From NCBI RefSeq assembly GCF_900539295.1, contig NZ_UQBH01000005.1:2275-66274 (forward strand): a stretch of 64,000 nt of DNA. The letters run 5' to 3'. Shown here piece by piece: positions 21,015 through 30,805 of this stretch. The position numbers were made by a program, and so were the translations under genes. The notes under the pieces are model-generated. The model worked only from the letters and a program-made list of their open reading frames with translations, did not search any database and was not told the origin of the DNA. This stretch comes from an uncultured Megasphaera sp. (lineage in GTDB: Bacteria > Bacillota > Negativicutes > Veillonellales > Megasphaeraceae). Positions within the stretch are counted from its first letter, which is position 1; the number at the start of each line of letters is the position of its first letter.

Positions 21015-21602
21015 TTATCCTTTCCATCGTGAAACGGTCATACCGTCTCCATTCTCAAAAAATACCGTCTCAAAATGCGTTCGGTCTTCGACGAGGGCCA
21101 TAAATTCCCGCAGACGGCTTATGGCCGTGCGGTGCTTGTGAGGCAAGGCCCCTTCAATATAAAACATCTCATGATAGCCGATGTTATCCGCCATGATGAG
21201 GGCTCCTGGCAGCAATTTCGGCATGAGATGACGGAGCTGGCGGACGTACTGCCCCTTGGGCCCGTCGAGAAAGACGAGATCCCACGGCCCGGCGAGGGTT
21301 TCAGCAAGTTCCGTCCCATCACCGCAAAGGGCCGTAATGACCGCTCCGTAAGGGGAACGGCGAATGAAGTCCCGGGCTATTTTCCAGCGCGTCTCATCGA
21401 ATTCAACCGTCGTAATCGTACCGCCGTCACCGAGTAAGGGTGCCATGCGAAGGGCAGAATAGCCGATGCAGGTCCCGATTTCAAGGACCTTCACCGGCCG
21501 CCGGTTGGCTATGATGTTTTCAAAAAGAGGGACTTCACTGTCCCTAAGGATAGGAAGCCCTTCTCTTTCGGCATAAGCCTTCATCTCATCGAGGAGGCTC
21601 AT
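21015..21602 (-). CDS. trmR: SAM-dependent O-methyltransferase (YrrM/TrmR-like; tRNA ho5U34 to mo5U methyltransferase)
   Basis: Class I methyltransferase motif VLEIGTCIGYS, caffeoyl-CoA O-methyltransferase-like. Located between the mltG and U32 genes as in the B. subtilis yrrL-yrrM-yrrN-yrrO locus. Confidence 0.7.
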   Translation of the reverse strand: MSLLDEMKAYAEREGLPILRDSEVPLFENIIANRRPVKVLEIGTCIGYSALRMAPLLGDGGTITTVEFDETRWKIARDFIRRSPYGAVITALCGDGTELAETLAGPWDLVFLDGPKGQYVRQLRHLMPKLLPGALIMADNIGYHEMFYIEGALPHKHRTAISRLREFMALVEDRTHFETVFFENGDGMTVSRWKG

Positions 21603-22675
21603 GGCATATACTCCTGCACGTTTTTCATGTGTTCGTCGTAGGTAGCGGCAAAGTGGTTGTGGCCGTCCTTATCGGCGACGAAGTATAGATAATTCGTCGT
21701 CGGCGCATCTAAGATGGCTTCCATACTGGGAAGGCCCGGATTGCCGATGGGTCCCGGCGGCAGGCCTTCGTAAACGTAGGTATTGTACGGCGAATCGTAC
21801 TGAGTCTCGCTGATGCTGTATTCTAATTTATGGTTGCCCATGGCGTAGGCAATGCTGGCATCAGACTGGAGCTTCATGTGGATGCGCAGGCGATTTTCAA
21901 AAACCGAGGCGATGAGAGGCCGGTCCGGTTCGAATTTAGCTTCCTTTTCGATGAGCGATGCCAAGGTGACGAACTGGTAGATAGACATATTCTTCTTGGC
22001 AATGCGGTCTTTCATAGCCGGCGTCAAATGCTTGTCGAAGTTCTTCAGCATCATGGCCACGACGTCGTCGGCTGTCGCATCATAAGGAATGAAATACGTA
22101 TCGGGGAACAAGAACCCTTCTGTGGCAAAGGTCACTTGTCGGTTGCCCTTCATATAAGGCAAAAGCTGAGCGTCAGAGGCAGCAGCCTTTAAGAAGTCTT
22201 CTTCGCTGATACGGCCGTTAGCGGCGACGGCTTTGGCAATCTTCCACACCGTGAAGCCTTCAGGCACGACGAGTCGGTCGGCTTCCGACTTGCCGCTGGC
22301 CAATTTCTGTAAAATCGTAAAGACGCTCATCCGCGAGTTAAAGGTGTATTCCCCGGCATGGATCGATTCGGCCTGGCCGGTCACCATAGCTGCAGCGCGG
22401 AACCACAGCGGGCTTGCAATGTAGCCCTTGTCTGTCAAGGCATCGCCGACGTCGGCTGCCGTCATGTCACTGCGAACATGGAGATAGCCGCTGGTATAGG
22501 GCAAGAGGAAGTTCGGGCCAAAAAAACCATAGAGCAGGACGGCGGCCGCGGCGATGAGGCATCCGGCAACGAATTTCTTAAGCTTCTGCCGATTCTGTTT
22601 CGGCGACGGTTCCGGAGCTTTCTGTTTGTTTTCTTTCGGAATCATATCGTTTGTTTCCATATTCTCCTTTATCAA
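21599..22675 (-). CDS. mltG: Endolytic murein transglycosylase MltG (YceG/YrrL-like)
   Basis: N-terminal transmembrane segment followed by a YceG-like domain (ASLIEKEA, ...YNTY...GLPPGPI). Confidence 0.8.
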   Translation of the reverse strand: MIKENMETNDMIPKENKQKAPEPSPKQNRQKLKKFVAGCLIAAAAVLLYGFFGPNFLLPYTSGYLHVRSDMTAADVGDALTDKGYIASPLWFRAAAMVTGQAESIHAGEYTFNSRMSVFTILQKLASGKSEADRLVVPEGFTVWKIAKAVAANGRISEEDFLKAAASDAQLLPYMKGNRQVTFATEGFLFPDTYFIPYDATADDVVAMMLKNFDKHLTPAMKDRIAKKNMSIYQFVTLASLIEKEAKFEPDRPLIASVFENRLRIHMKLQSDASIAYAMGNHKLEYSISETQYDSPYNTYVYEGLPPGPIGNPGLPSMEAILDAPTTNYLYFVADKDGHNHFAATYDEHMKNVQEYMP

Positions 22676-22686
22676 TCCTTATCGTG

Positions 22687-24525
22687 TTATCGGCCGGCAG
22701 TCCAGGTACGGCTCTGCTGGGCCTTTTCTTCACTGCGGTTTACGGCCTGGGCCTGTTGTTCCTTGTCGTACTGAGCCTGGGCTGCGTCTTTGGCAGCTTG
22801 GAGCTGAGCCTGCACTTCGGGATCCGGCGGGATCACCGTACCGTCTTCATCGACGGTCTGGGCCGCATTGAGCTGGGTCTGGGCTGCGGCGACATTACCG
22901 GCCAGGACCTGGAGCCGTTGGTTGTTGATATTGCCGCGCACATCCGCTTCAAGGGGTACAGACGGCGTCTTTTTGACGTCGACGTAGACTTCAAACAGGC
23001 GCTGCCACGGCAAGGTGACGTCAATGGTCCGCGGATCGACACCGAGATAGGTCGAGGCATAGCGCTGGAGCTGTTCTTTAGCTAGGCTCTGCAGTTCCTG
23101 ATTGCGTGAAGCGTAGGTCGGCGTAATGGCATGGGCTTCGAGTTTCTGGTCCATGCGGGATACGTAGTCGCGGACGTTGGCCTGATAAGCCCAGTTGTCG
23201 AGATACTGCGTGGTCAGCATGTCGCGGTGAGCCTCAGGGGTCATGTATTTCGAAAGGACGCCCTGAGACAGGCCGTAGCCGACAGAGTTGCTGGCCGTGT
23301 TCCAGCCGTTGTAGGCAGCCAGTCGGTACATCATCTTATCCTGATAGAGGCCGTAGACTAAGGTGTTGTCCGACCCGTTGGAAAAGGCCATGTCGACGAT
23401 GCTGACCGGAATATTGAGGTTTACGGCCTTTTCGATCTGATTGAGGAAATCTTTCGTCGACTGAAGCATGATCGGGAAGTTTTCAAAGTTGGCCGATTCT
23501 GTCGTCGTCGTCGTCAGCGGCGTATTGACGGCCAATAAGAGGTCCGGCCGTTCATTGTCGACGATGGTGCCGCCAATGGCTTCGACATGAGCGGCAATGG
23601 TCTTGCCAATAGCCTGTCCATCATAGCGGGGCACCGTCTTTTCTCCCCCGCCTAAGGGGTAGATGACCGATACCTTGGGATAGTAATTATTGAAGTCATT
23701 GCTGGCCCGCGTGATGAGGAGCAGGCCCAATTGGTCGGCACCGGGGAAGGAGCCGAAGGTCTTCTTGGGAATGCCGGCACCGGCCATTTCCAGGTACTTC
23801 GATTCCAAGGACGACTGGGTGCTGACCGAGTTGTCATCGTGGCCTAAGCTGTAATAGGTAAAGACGCCTTTTCGCGCATCATCAATGAGCCGGTAGTTGA
23901 TACTCATATTCTTGCGGCGCCGGTTGTACCAATCCTGGAGATATTCCATGGGGATACGGCGCATGATGGCAAACCAATCGTTCCGTTCCTGCGGGCTGAG
24001 GCCTTCTTCATCCATCTTTGCCTGAAGGGACGCCAATTGATAGATGTCGGACCCCATGGTCAAGTAGTAGTCCGGTTCGACGCCCTTGCCGCCGGCCCAG
24101 GGGCTGCGCATGACAGTGCTGAACACATATAAGGGTACCTTGGTGTTCGACTTGTGAAGGGCTTCTACTCTTTCGAGACGCGTAAGCAAGGTCGACATGG
24201 GAAGGTTATGTTTCCGAGAGTCGACGAGACCGCCGTAGACCAAAGAGTCGATGGACAAAACCATGGCATCGGCTTTATTGGCATTGTTTTCGACCCAAGA
24301 CATGAGCCGATCCGGCGAGCCGTGGAAATTCATGCCCGACAGATACTGTGCCGGCGGCGTCAGAACCGTGTACCCTGCCGATTCTGCCGTACTGACCGTA
24401 TATTCGTAATCCACAGGCCGGTCATCCTGAGGTACGTATAAAATCGTCTTAGCCAGTGCCGACGGTGAAGCACACAGAAATAGGGATACGACGGCCATGC
24501 TGACTGCCTTCTGTAACAGATTCAC
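22687..24525 (-). CDS. Secreted hypothetical protein, DUF4127-like, with a Q/A-rich C-terminal tail
   Basis: GTG start with an AGGAGG RBS; signal peptide MNLLQKAVSMAVVSLFLCASPSALA. Family call is from memory. The C-terminal 60 aa is low-complexity (QAQLQAAKDAAQAQYDKEQQAQA). Confidence 0.45.
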   Translation of the reverse strand: MNLLQKAVSMAVVSLFLCASPSALAKTILYVPQDDRPVDYEYTVSTAESAGYTVLTPPAQYLSGMNFHGSPDRLMSWVENNANKADAMVLSIDSLVYGGLVDSRKHNLPMSTLLTRLERVEALHKSNTKVPLYVFSTVMRSPWAGGKGVEPDYYLTMGSDIYQLASLQAKMDEEGLSPQERNDWFAIMRRIPMEYLQDWYNRRRKNMSINYRLIDDARKGVFTYYSLGHDDNSVSTQSSLESKYLEMAGAGIPKKTFGSFPGADQLGLLLITRASNDFNNYYPKVSVIYPLGGGEKTVPRYDGQAIGKTIAAHVEAIGGTIVDNERPDLLLAVNTPLTTTTTESANFENFPIMLQSTKDFLNQIEKAVNLNIPVSIVDMAFSNGSDNTLVYGLYQDKMMYRLAAYNGWNTASNSVGYGLSQGVLSKYMTPEAHRDMLTTQYLDNWAYQANVRDYVSRMDQKLEAHAITPTYASRNQELQSLAKEQLQRYASTYLGVDPRTIDVTLPWQRLFEVYVDVKKTPSVPLEADVRGNINNQRLQVLAGNVAAAQTQLNAAQTVDEDGTVIPPDPEVQAQLQAAKDAAQAQYDKEQQAQAVNRSEEKAQQSRTWTAGR

Positions 24526-24581
24526 ATTATCCTCCTATCGTAAGAAAAAACAAGTATTTTTTATTATAGCACATCTGCCCC

Positions 24582-25247
24582 TTAAAAAGAAGCACCCTGC
24601 TTCTTGCGGCGAATGCGAGGCACATTGAGATGGAAGCGGATTGCCACCAAGCGAATGGCGACGGTGACGGAAAAGCTGACGATGGCCCCGACTTCAAAGG
24701 GAACTTCAAAGGGAATGACAGCTCCGTATAAAAGAATGCTGCCCAAGAGCGACGCCGTCGCATAGACCTCCGTCCGAAGGACTACCGGAATCCGTCCGGC
24801 CAGGACATCGCGGATGACGCCGCCGCCGACGGCCGTGAGGACGCCGAGGGTGATGTCCAAAATCCAGTAGTCGGGATAATAGTAACAGCCGAGAAGCGTC
24901 CCGGTTACGGTAAAGGAACCGAGGCCAATGGCGTCGCATAAGAGATAAATGGCCGACAAATGGGTCATGAAACGGCGCCACATGCGGATGTTGAAGTAAC
25001 GGACGGTCAAGGTGACGACGACGATAGAGCCTAAGATAATCCACAGGTAGATGCTGTTTTTAAAGGCTGCCGGCAGAATATTGCCGATGAGGATATCACG
25101 GATGATGCCGCCGCCGACGGCCGTCGCCGCGCTGAGGACGAAGATGCCGAACAGATCCATTCGCCGGGAAAGGGCTGCAAAGACGCCGGATACAGCAAAA
25201 GCTGTCGTCCCCAATAAGTCAAAAATATGCCACCAAATCGCATCCAT
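24582..25247 (-). CDS. Trimeric intracellular cation channel (TRIC/UPF0126) family membrane protein
   Basis: Two UPF0126 repeats with glycine-rich motifs (AVGGGIIRDILIG and TAVGGGVIRDVLAG). Confidence 0.75.
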   Translation of the reverse strand: MDAIWWHIFDLLGTTAFAVSGVFAALSRRMDLFGIFVLSAATAVGGGIIRDILIGNILPAAFKNSIYLWIILGSIVVVTLTVRYFNIRMWRRFMTHLSAIYLLCDAIGLGSFTVTGTLLGCYYYPDYWILDITLGVLTAVGGGVIRDVLAGRIPVVLRTEVYATASLLGSILLYGAVIPFEVPFEVGAIVSFSVTVAIRLVAIRFHLNVPRIRRKKQGASF

Positions 25248-25313
25248 AGGATTTCCCCTTCCCTCTCTTTCGTGATATGATAAATAAACAATTTATTTCG
25301 TAAGGAGATTGTC

Positions 25314-25808
25314 ATGACTAAAGATGAATTTTATATGGGCAAAGCCCTTGCCGAAGCGAAGACTGCCTATGCCGTCGGAGAAATTCCCATCGGCGCCGTC
25401 ATCGTCTATCAGAAAAAGGTCGTTGCCCGAGCCTATAACCTGCGGGAATCCCTTCCCTGTGCTACGGCTCACGCCGAATTACTTGCCATTGAAAAAGCCT
25501 GCCGTGCACTCAATCGCTGGCGCTTGACAGGCTGTACGCTATACGTCACGGTCGAGCCGTGCCCGATGTGTGCCGGCGCCATCGTAAACAGCCGCCTGGA
25601 CCGCGTCGTCTACGGCTGCGACGACCCTAAGGCCGGTGCCGCCCGCTCTCTCTTCCGCCTCATTGACAGCGAAAGCCTGAATCACGCCGCCGCCGTCACA
25701 GCCGGCGTCCGTGCCGAAGAATGTGCCGCCCTCATGAAGAGCTTCTTCAAAGAGCGGCGAAAGAAAGGCCCTGTTACCCCTTCAGCAGATCATTCAGATA
25801 GGCCTTAA
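25314..25808 (+). CDS. tadA: tRNA adenosine(34) deaminase
   Basis: HAELLAIEKAC...TVEPCPMCAGAI zinc-deaminase motifs, with a GGAG RBS. Confidence 0.9.
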   Translation: MTKDEFYMGKALAEAKTAYAVGEIPIGAVIVYQKKVVARAYNLRESLPCATAHAELLAIEKACRALNRWRLTGCTLYVTVEPCPMCAGAIVNSRLDRVVYGCDDPKAGAARSLFRLIDSESLNHAAAVTAGVRAEECAALMKSFFKERRKKGPVTPSADHSDRP

Positions 25809-26649
25809 AATCATGGCTCACATCGTCGCGGCGCAGGGCATATTCGACAGTCGCCTTTAAAAAGCCCAGTTTATTGCCGGCGTCATAGCTGGTCCCCGTA
25901 AAGGTATAGGCATAAACCCCTTCGCGGTCAGCCATGAGGCGCAGGGCATCGGTAAGCTGGATTTCTCCGTTCTTCCCGGGCTGGACGCGGCGCAGGATTT
26001 CAAAGATGTCCGGCGTCAGGATATAGCGGCCCAAGGCGGCCAAACGGCTCGGCGCTTCGTCGACAGGCGGTTTTTCAATCATGTCGATGAGCCTTACGAT
26101 GCGTTCGTCATCGGTAGGCTGACCGTGGACGATACCGTAGCGCGATACCTGGTCGAGAGGCACTTCCTGGCAGCCCAGGAGAGTCGAGCCGACTTTGCTG
26201 AAGGCCTCGATCATCTGACGCAGTGCCGGCCGTTCCGGTTCGTAGACGATGTCGTCACCGAGAAGGACTGCAAAGGGTTCATTATCGATGAAAGACTCGG
26301 CACAGCGGATGGCGTCGCCAAGACCGCGCATATGCTTTTGCCGGATATAGTGGACGTTGATGCCGGAAATATCCTGCACCATACGCAGGAGCCTCGTCTT
26401 CCCCTGCTGGCGCAGTTGGAGTTCGAGGTCGATATTGGTATCGAAGTGATCTTCGATGGCCCGTTTTCCATGGCCGGTGATGATCAAAATTTCTTCGATG
26501 CCGCTCTGCATCGCTTCTTCGACGATATACTGGATGACCGGTTTATCGACGATAGGAATCATTTCCTTCGGAATAGCCTTGGTCACCGGCAAGAACCGTG
26601 TACCGTAACCGGCCGCCGGAATGACGGCTTTGCGAACTTTTTTCTGCAT
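25774..26649 (-). CDS. galU: UTP--glucose-1-phosphate uridylyltransferase
   Basis: KAVIPAAGYGTRFLPVTKAIPKEM... canonical GalU N-terminus. Confidence 0.9.
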   Translation of the reverse strand: MQKKVRKAVIPAAGYGTRFLPVTKAIPKEMIPIVDKPVIQYIVEEAMQSGIEEILIITGHGKRAIEDHFDTNIDLELQLRQQGKTRLLRMVQDISGINVHYIRQKHMRGLGDAIRCAESFIDNEPFAVLLGDDIVYEPERPALRQMIEAFSKVGSTLLGCQEVPLDQVSRYGIVHGQPTDDERIVRLIDMIEKPPVDEAPSRLAALGRYILTPDIFEILRRVQPGKNGEIQLTDALRLMADREGVYAYTFTGTSYDAGNKLGFLKATVEYALRRDDVSHDFKAYLNDLLKG

Positions 26650-26650
26650 A

Positions 26651-27745
26651 TTAAATCTCCTTTTCGGCGACAGTCAGGGCACGGGCGATGACGTCGTCCA
26701 TATCGTAGTATTTATATTCTGCCAACCGGCCGCCGAAGATGACGTTCTTTTCATGGCCGGCCAAAACGACGTATTGCTTGTACAGGGCCTGATTCCGTTC
26801 ATCGTTGACCGGATAGTAAGCCTCTTCCCCGCGGTGCCATTCCGACGGATATTCCCGGGTGATATAGGTCACCGGCTGGGTTCCGAATTCAAAGTGCTTG
26901 TGCTCGATGACCCGCGTATAAGGCGTTTCCCGATCGGTATAATTCATGACGGCCACGCCCTGATAATTAGCCTTCTCAAGGCGTTCCGTTTCAAAGCGCA
27001 GGCCCCGGTATTCTAAAGCGCCTAAGCGGTAGCCGAAATATTCATCGATAGGACCGGTATAGACGACCTTGCGGGAAATATCGAGATAGGACGACCGCTC
27101 CTTATTGTAATCGATGCCGGTCCGCACTTCGATTCCGTCTAAGAGGGCGTCGATGAGGCCGTTGTATCCGCCGCTGGGAATGCCCTGATAGCTGTCGTCA
27201 AAGTAATTGTTGTCAAAGGTATAGCGGACAGGCAGCCGTTTAATGATGAAGGCCGGAAGGTCCGTACAGCTCCGTCCCCACTGCTTTTCCGTATAGCCCT
27301 TGATGAGTTTCGTATAGATATCGGTGCCGATGAGGGAAATAGCCTGTTCCTCTAAATTCTTGGGCTCCGTAATATGCGCGCTTTGACGTTGTTCTTCAAT
27401 CTTAGCCGCCGCCTCTTCCGGCGTGATGACGCCCCACATCTTAGCAAAGGTATTCATATTAAAAGGCAGGTTATAGAGCTCGCCCTTAAAATTAGCAACC
27501 GGCGAATTGACGTAATGATTAAACTCTGCGAACTGATTAACGTAGTTCCAGACTTTTTTATTGGACGTGTGAAAGATATGGGCTCCGTAGCGATGGATGC
27601 GGATGCCCTCTTTTTCTTCGCAGTAGACGTTGCCGCCGACGTGCTGCCGCCGTTCAAGGACCAGGCACTTGCGCCCGGCTTTTTTCATCTCATGGGCAAA
27701 GACGACGCCAAAGAGGCCGCTGCCGACGATGACATAATCATACAT
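26651..27745 (-). CDS. glf: UDP-galactopyranose mutase
   Basis: MYDYVIVGSGLFG FAD-binding motif and Glf signature; 364 aa. Confidence 0.9.
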   Translation of the reverse strand: MYDYVIVGSGLFGVVFAHEMKKAGRKCLVLERRQHVGGNVYCEEKEGIRIHRYGAHIFHTSNKKVWNYVNQFAEFNHYVNSPVANFKGELYNLPFNMNTFAKMWGVITPEEAAAKIEEQRQSAHITEPKNLEEQAISLIGTDIYTKLIKGYTEKQWGRSCTDLPAFIIKRLPVRYTFDNNYFDDSYQGIPSGGYNGLIDALLDGIEVRTGIDYNKERSSYLDISRKVVYTGPIDEYFGYRLGALEYRGLRFETERLEKANYQGVAVMNYTDRETPYTRVIEHKHFEFGTQPVTYITREYPSEWHRGEEAYYPVNDERNQALYKQYVVLAGHEKNVIFGGRLAEYKYYDMDDVIARALTVAEKEI

Positions 27746-27866
27746 TGCAAAACACCACCTGATAGAAAGTTTTACAGCCTTCCTGCACTGCCTTTATGAT
27801 AAAAAGGTAACTCAACAAAAATTCGTAACGTCCCCACTGCCTACAGGGCCTGCCAAAAGCAGACTG

Positions 27867-28853
27867 TTAAGGCAAAACGGACGGAATGCCGTACATCGGT
27901 TCTGCCTTTAAAACGGCGCGGCGGACGGCCTGTTCGACGGCGTAGGCCGCAAGGGTCCCGGTCAGGCTGATTTCAGCCGAAACCGTACCGATACTGGCTG
28001 CATAAAGAGAGTCTCCGTCAGCCGTCGTATTGACTGGGCGAATGGTGCGAACCATGCCGTTGCTGCCAAGGGCGGCTATTTTTTTCAGCTGGGCTTTGTC
28101 AAAGCGGCCGTTGGTCACGATAGCCCCGATGGTCGTATTGGTCGTCGTCCCAACAGCCCGCTGGGAAAAGAGCGTCGGCGTCCGGCCTGCTTCTTCCAGC
28201 ATGACCCGCCTCGTATCGGCAAATCCTTTTCCGTCGCGGCTTCTCATCCCCGAGAGGATGTCTCCCGATTCACCGAGGACGTCGCCGACGGCATTGACGA
28301 CGACGATGGCGCAGACCTTGAGGTCGCCGACGGCCACGGCATAGGCACCGACGCCGGATTTCATCATATAATCGGGGCCGCAGAGCTTACCGACCGTGGC
28401 TCCCGTCCCGGCACCATAGCAACCCTCGCGGAAGTCTCCCTTGAAAGCCGCATCACAGGCCGCATAGCCCATGGCCGCATCGGGGCGGACATCGTCGCCG
28501 CAGCCGAGATCAAAGATACACGAGGCGACGACTAAGGGAACTTTGGCAATCCGCGTTTCAAAGCCGATGCCCTGTTCTTCCAGATAGGTCATGACCCCCG
28601 TCGCTGCATTGAGGCCAAAGGCACTGCCGCCGCTGAGGAGGATGGCATGGATGCCCGATGCTGCCGCCATGGGATTTAACAGCTCCGACTCCCGACTGGC
28701 CGGCCCGCCGCCGCGGACGTCGACAGCACAAGGTGCGCTTTCAGGGAAGACAAGGACCGTACAACCGGTGCCGCCCTTTCGGTCTTCGGCACTTCCCAGG
28801 CGGAACGTTTCTTTCGACAACAATTCCTGAATATCGATTTCTCTCATGGTCAT
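27867..28853 (-). CDS. P1/S58 family peptidase (DmpA/L-aminopeptidase D-Ala-esterase-like)
   Basis: GGTGCTVLV...DVRGGGPASRE is the DmpA/ArgJ-like autoproteolytic family signature. Confidence 0.75.
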   Translation of the reverse strand: MTMREIDIQELLSKETFRLGSAEDRKGGTGCTVLVFPESAPCAVDVRGGGPASRESELLNPMAAASGIHAILLSGGSAFGLNAATGVMTYLEEQGIGFETRIAKVPLVVASCIFDLGCGDDVRPDAAMGYAACDAAFKGDFREGCYGAGTGATVGKLCGPDYMMKSGVGAYAVAVGDLKVCAIVVVNAVGDVLGESGDILSGMRSRDGKGFADTRRVMLEEAGRTPTLFSQRAVGTTTNTTIGAIVTNGRFDKAQLKKIAALGSNGMVRTIRPVNTTADGDSLYAASIGTVSAEISLTGTLAAYAVEQAVRRAVLKAEPMYGIPSVLP

Positions 28854-28860
28854 ACCACTC

Positions 28861-29400
28861 CTATTTCTTCAGCTTTTCAAAATCTTTCCAAAGCATGCTC
28901 GGCTGGATGCCCGTATTGTTCTGATACTTTCCGTGCGTATACCGGTCGTATTCACCGTCGATATCATGGTAGTAAATCTGGCAGATTTCGACATTGGGAT
29001 AAATACGGATCGGCTGGACGCAAAAGATTTCCAGCGTCCAGTAACCGGCAAAGCCGACGTCGCCAAACCCGGCTGTAACGTGGATGAAGACGCCCAGGCG
29101 CCCGACAGACGACCGGCCTTCCAGCATAGGGATGTAGCCGTCGGTCCGGGTGTATTCATTGGTTCGCCCCAAATAGAGTGTATTTGGCTGGAGGACATAG
29201 CCCGACTCGGGGATCTCGATGGTCGACGCCGGATTGGGCTTTGCCATGTCCAGTTCGGCATGGTCATATACCATCAATTCGTTGTGAAGGGATAAATTAT
29301 AACTATTGGGATTGACCCGTTCCGGATGAAAGGGTTCAATAATAATTTCTTTACCTAAATGTTTGACAATTTCCTTGCCTGATAAAATCATAAGGGCCAC
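28861..29400 (-). CDS. dcd: dCTP deaminase
   Basis: MILSGKEI...NPNSYNLSL...GRSS(V)GRLG dUTPase-like trimeric fold motifs. Confidence 0.85.
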   Translation of the reverse strand: MALMILSGKEIVKHLGKEIIIEPFHPERVNPNSYNLSLHNELMVYDHAELDMAKPNPASTIEIPESGYVLQPNTLYLGRTNEYTRTDGYIPMLEGRSSVGRLGVFIHVTAGFGDVGFAGYWTLEIFCVQPIRIYPNVEICQIYYHDIDGEYDRYTHGKYQNNTGIQPSMLWKDFEKLKK

Positions 29401-29418
29401 TCGCTTTCTCTGGTAATT

Positions 29419-30708
29419 TCATTTCTTATGATATAGCAAAACAGGCTCGATGTCCACGGCGCGGCGAGCCGGTTTCTTCTTATTTATATCGAAAGCGTCT
29501 TCAACATAAAAAGTAACCTTCTCCCCTTCTTCCGCTCGGACGCGGTACAGCGATGCCGTACGGAAATAGTACTGACTGCCGCCGTATTCCCGAATGAAGC
29601 CGGCTTTCCCGCCGGGAAGGATTTTATCGATCGTTCCCGTATGCCGTTCTTCACCGGCATGTTTTTCAGCCATCCAAAAAGGCTGCAGCTCTTGGAGCAG
29701 CTCCTTTCGGCCAAGAGGCGGAAAATCATAGCTGTCGACTTTCTCGATGAGTTGAGGCGGAATCTTCCAATTTTGCTCAGTCCGGATGAGTTTTGCCAAA
29801 AGGTAATGATAATACGCCTCTTTCGCATAACTTCCCATGTTTTCCAAAGCCGATGCAAATTGAGTCATAAAATTGACCTTAGCCCGAAGCTCGCCCGTCG
29901 CTGCCATGGCCGCCGCCCCACAGCGCCGCATAGCCGTGCTGTCTCCCTTTGCCTGAGCCGCAAAGAAGAGGCCGCGGTAAACGATCCAGTGCTGCTTGTA
30001 TTTCAACAACTCCTCAAAGCGCTGCCGTGCGTCCTCAATCTGCCCTTGACGAAGCTGACAAAGACCGATGCGGTAAGAAAACCAAATGTCATTGTCGTGG
30101 TGAAGTTCGGGAAAGATACCCAGTGCCTGCCGGCAGAGGGTAATGCATTCATCGTACTTTTCTTCCTTGACCAAGACGCGGCTCATCAGCGCATACCAGC
30201 GTTCCCGGTCAGAGGCGATGACTTGATCCCTGCCGCGAAGATTGACCTTTTTTTCCTCATCGGACAAGAGGTCCGGATCGAGGCGGCGCAAATAATCGCC
30301 GGTCATATTTGCCACGGAAGGCGGCTTGGTCTTTAAGACGTCGACCATCCGCCATACAGCCAGGACGTACGGCGTATACGGTCCTTGCTGGCTGTACTTT
30401 AAAATGGCGTCGACAGCCCGGCGAAAATCTTCGAAGGTATGGAGTCGTTCGTCAAATTTTTGAATATATAAGTAGTAAAGGCACCAGCAGTAGATGCCGT
30501 GAAGATTGGTAAAATCCGGAAAGGCAATGATGCCGGCCCGGGCAATTTCCCTCCCCTTGGCATAGTTTTTAACCTTGCGCAGGGCATAAGCATAGTAGTA
30601 ATAATCCCAGTTCGTCCAGGAACCGTCAGGCGCTGCCTTGTCGTACATAGCCAGGACGTCGTTGTATCGACCTTCCTGACAAGCCTCGCGGGCTGCAAAA
30701 GAATCCAT
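29419..30708 (-). CDS. TPR-repeat protein with a C-terminal cold-shock-domain-like OB fold
   Basis: About 350 aa of TPR-like repeats. The last 70 aa (HTGTIDKILPGGKAGFIREYGGSQYYFRTASL...GEKVTFYVEDAF) align to the CspA-type pattern (TG.V.WF...KGFGFI.......VFVH.S.....L.EG..V.F.). Confidence 0.5.
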   Translation of the reverse strand: MDSFAAREACQEGRYNDVLAMYDKAAPDGSWTNWDYYYYAYALRKVKNYAKGREIARAGIIAFPDFTNLHGIYCWCLYYLYIQKFDERLHTFEDFRRAVDAILKYSQQGPYTPYVLAVWRMVDVLKTKPPSVANMTGDYLRRLDPDLLSDEEKKVNLRGRDQVIASDRERWYALMSRVLVKEEKYDECITLCRQALGIFPELHHDNDIWFSYRIGLCQLRQGQIEDARQRFEELLKYKQHWIVYRGLFFAAQAKGDSTAMRRCGAAAMAATGELRAKVNFMTQFASALENMGSYAKEAYYHYLLAKLIRTEQNWKIPPQLIEKVDSYDFPPLGRKELLQELQPFWMAEKHAGEERHTGTIDKILPGGKAGFIREYGGSQYYFRTASLYRVRAEEGEKVTFYVEDAFDINKKKPARRAVDIEPVLLYHKK

Positions 30709-30805
30709 AGAAAAACCTCCTACCCGTTTATCACAAAGCGTTCATTGTGCCTATTATAACATATGTTTCTTCTCTTTTAGGAATTATGAGAAACATCTCA
30801 AGAAG

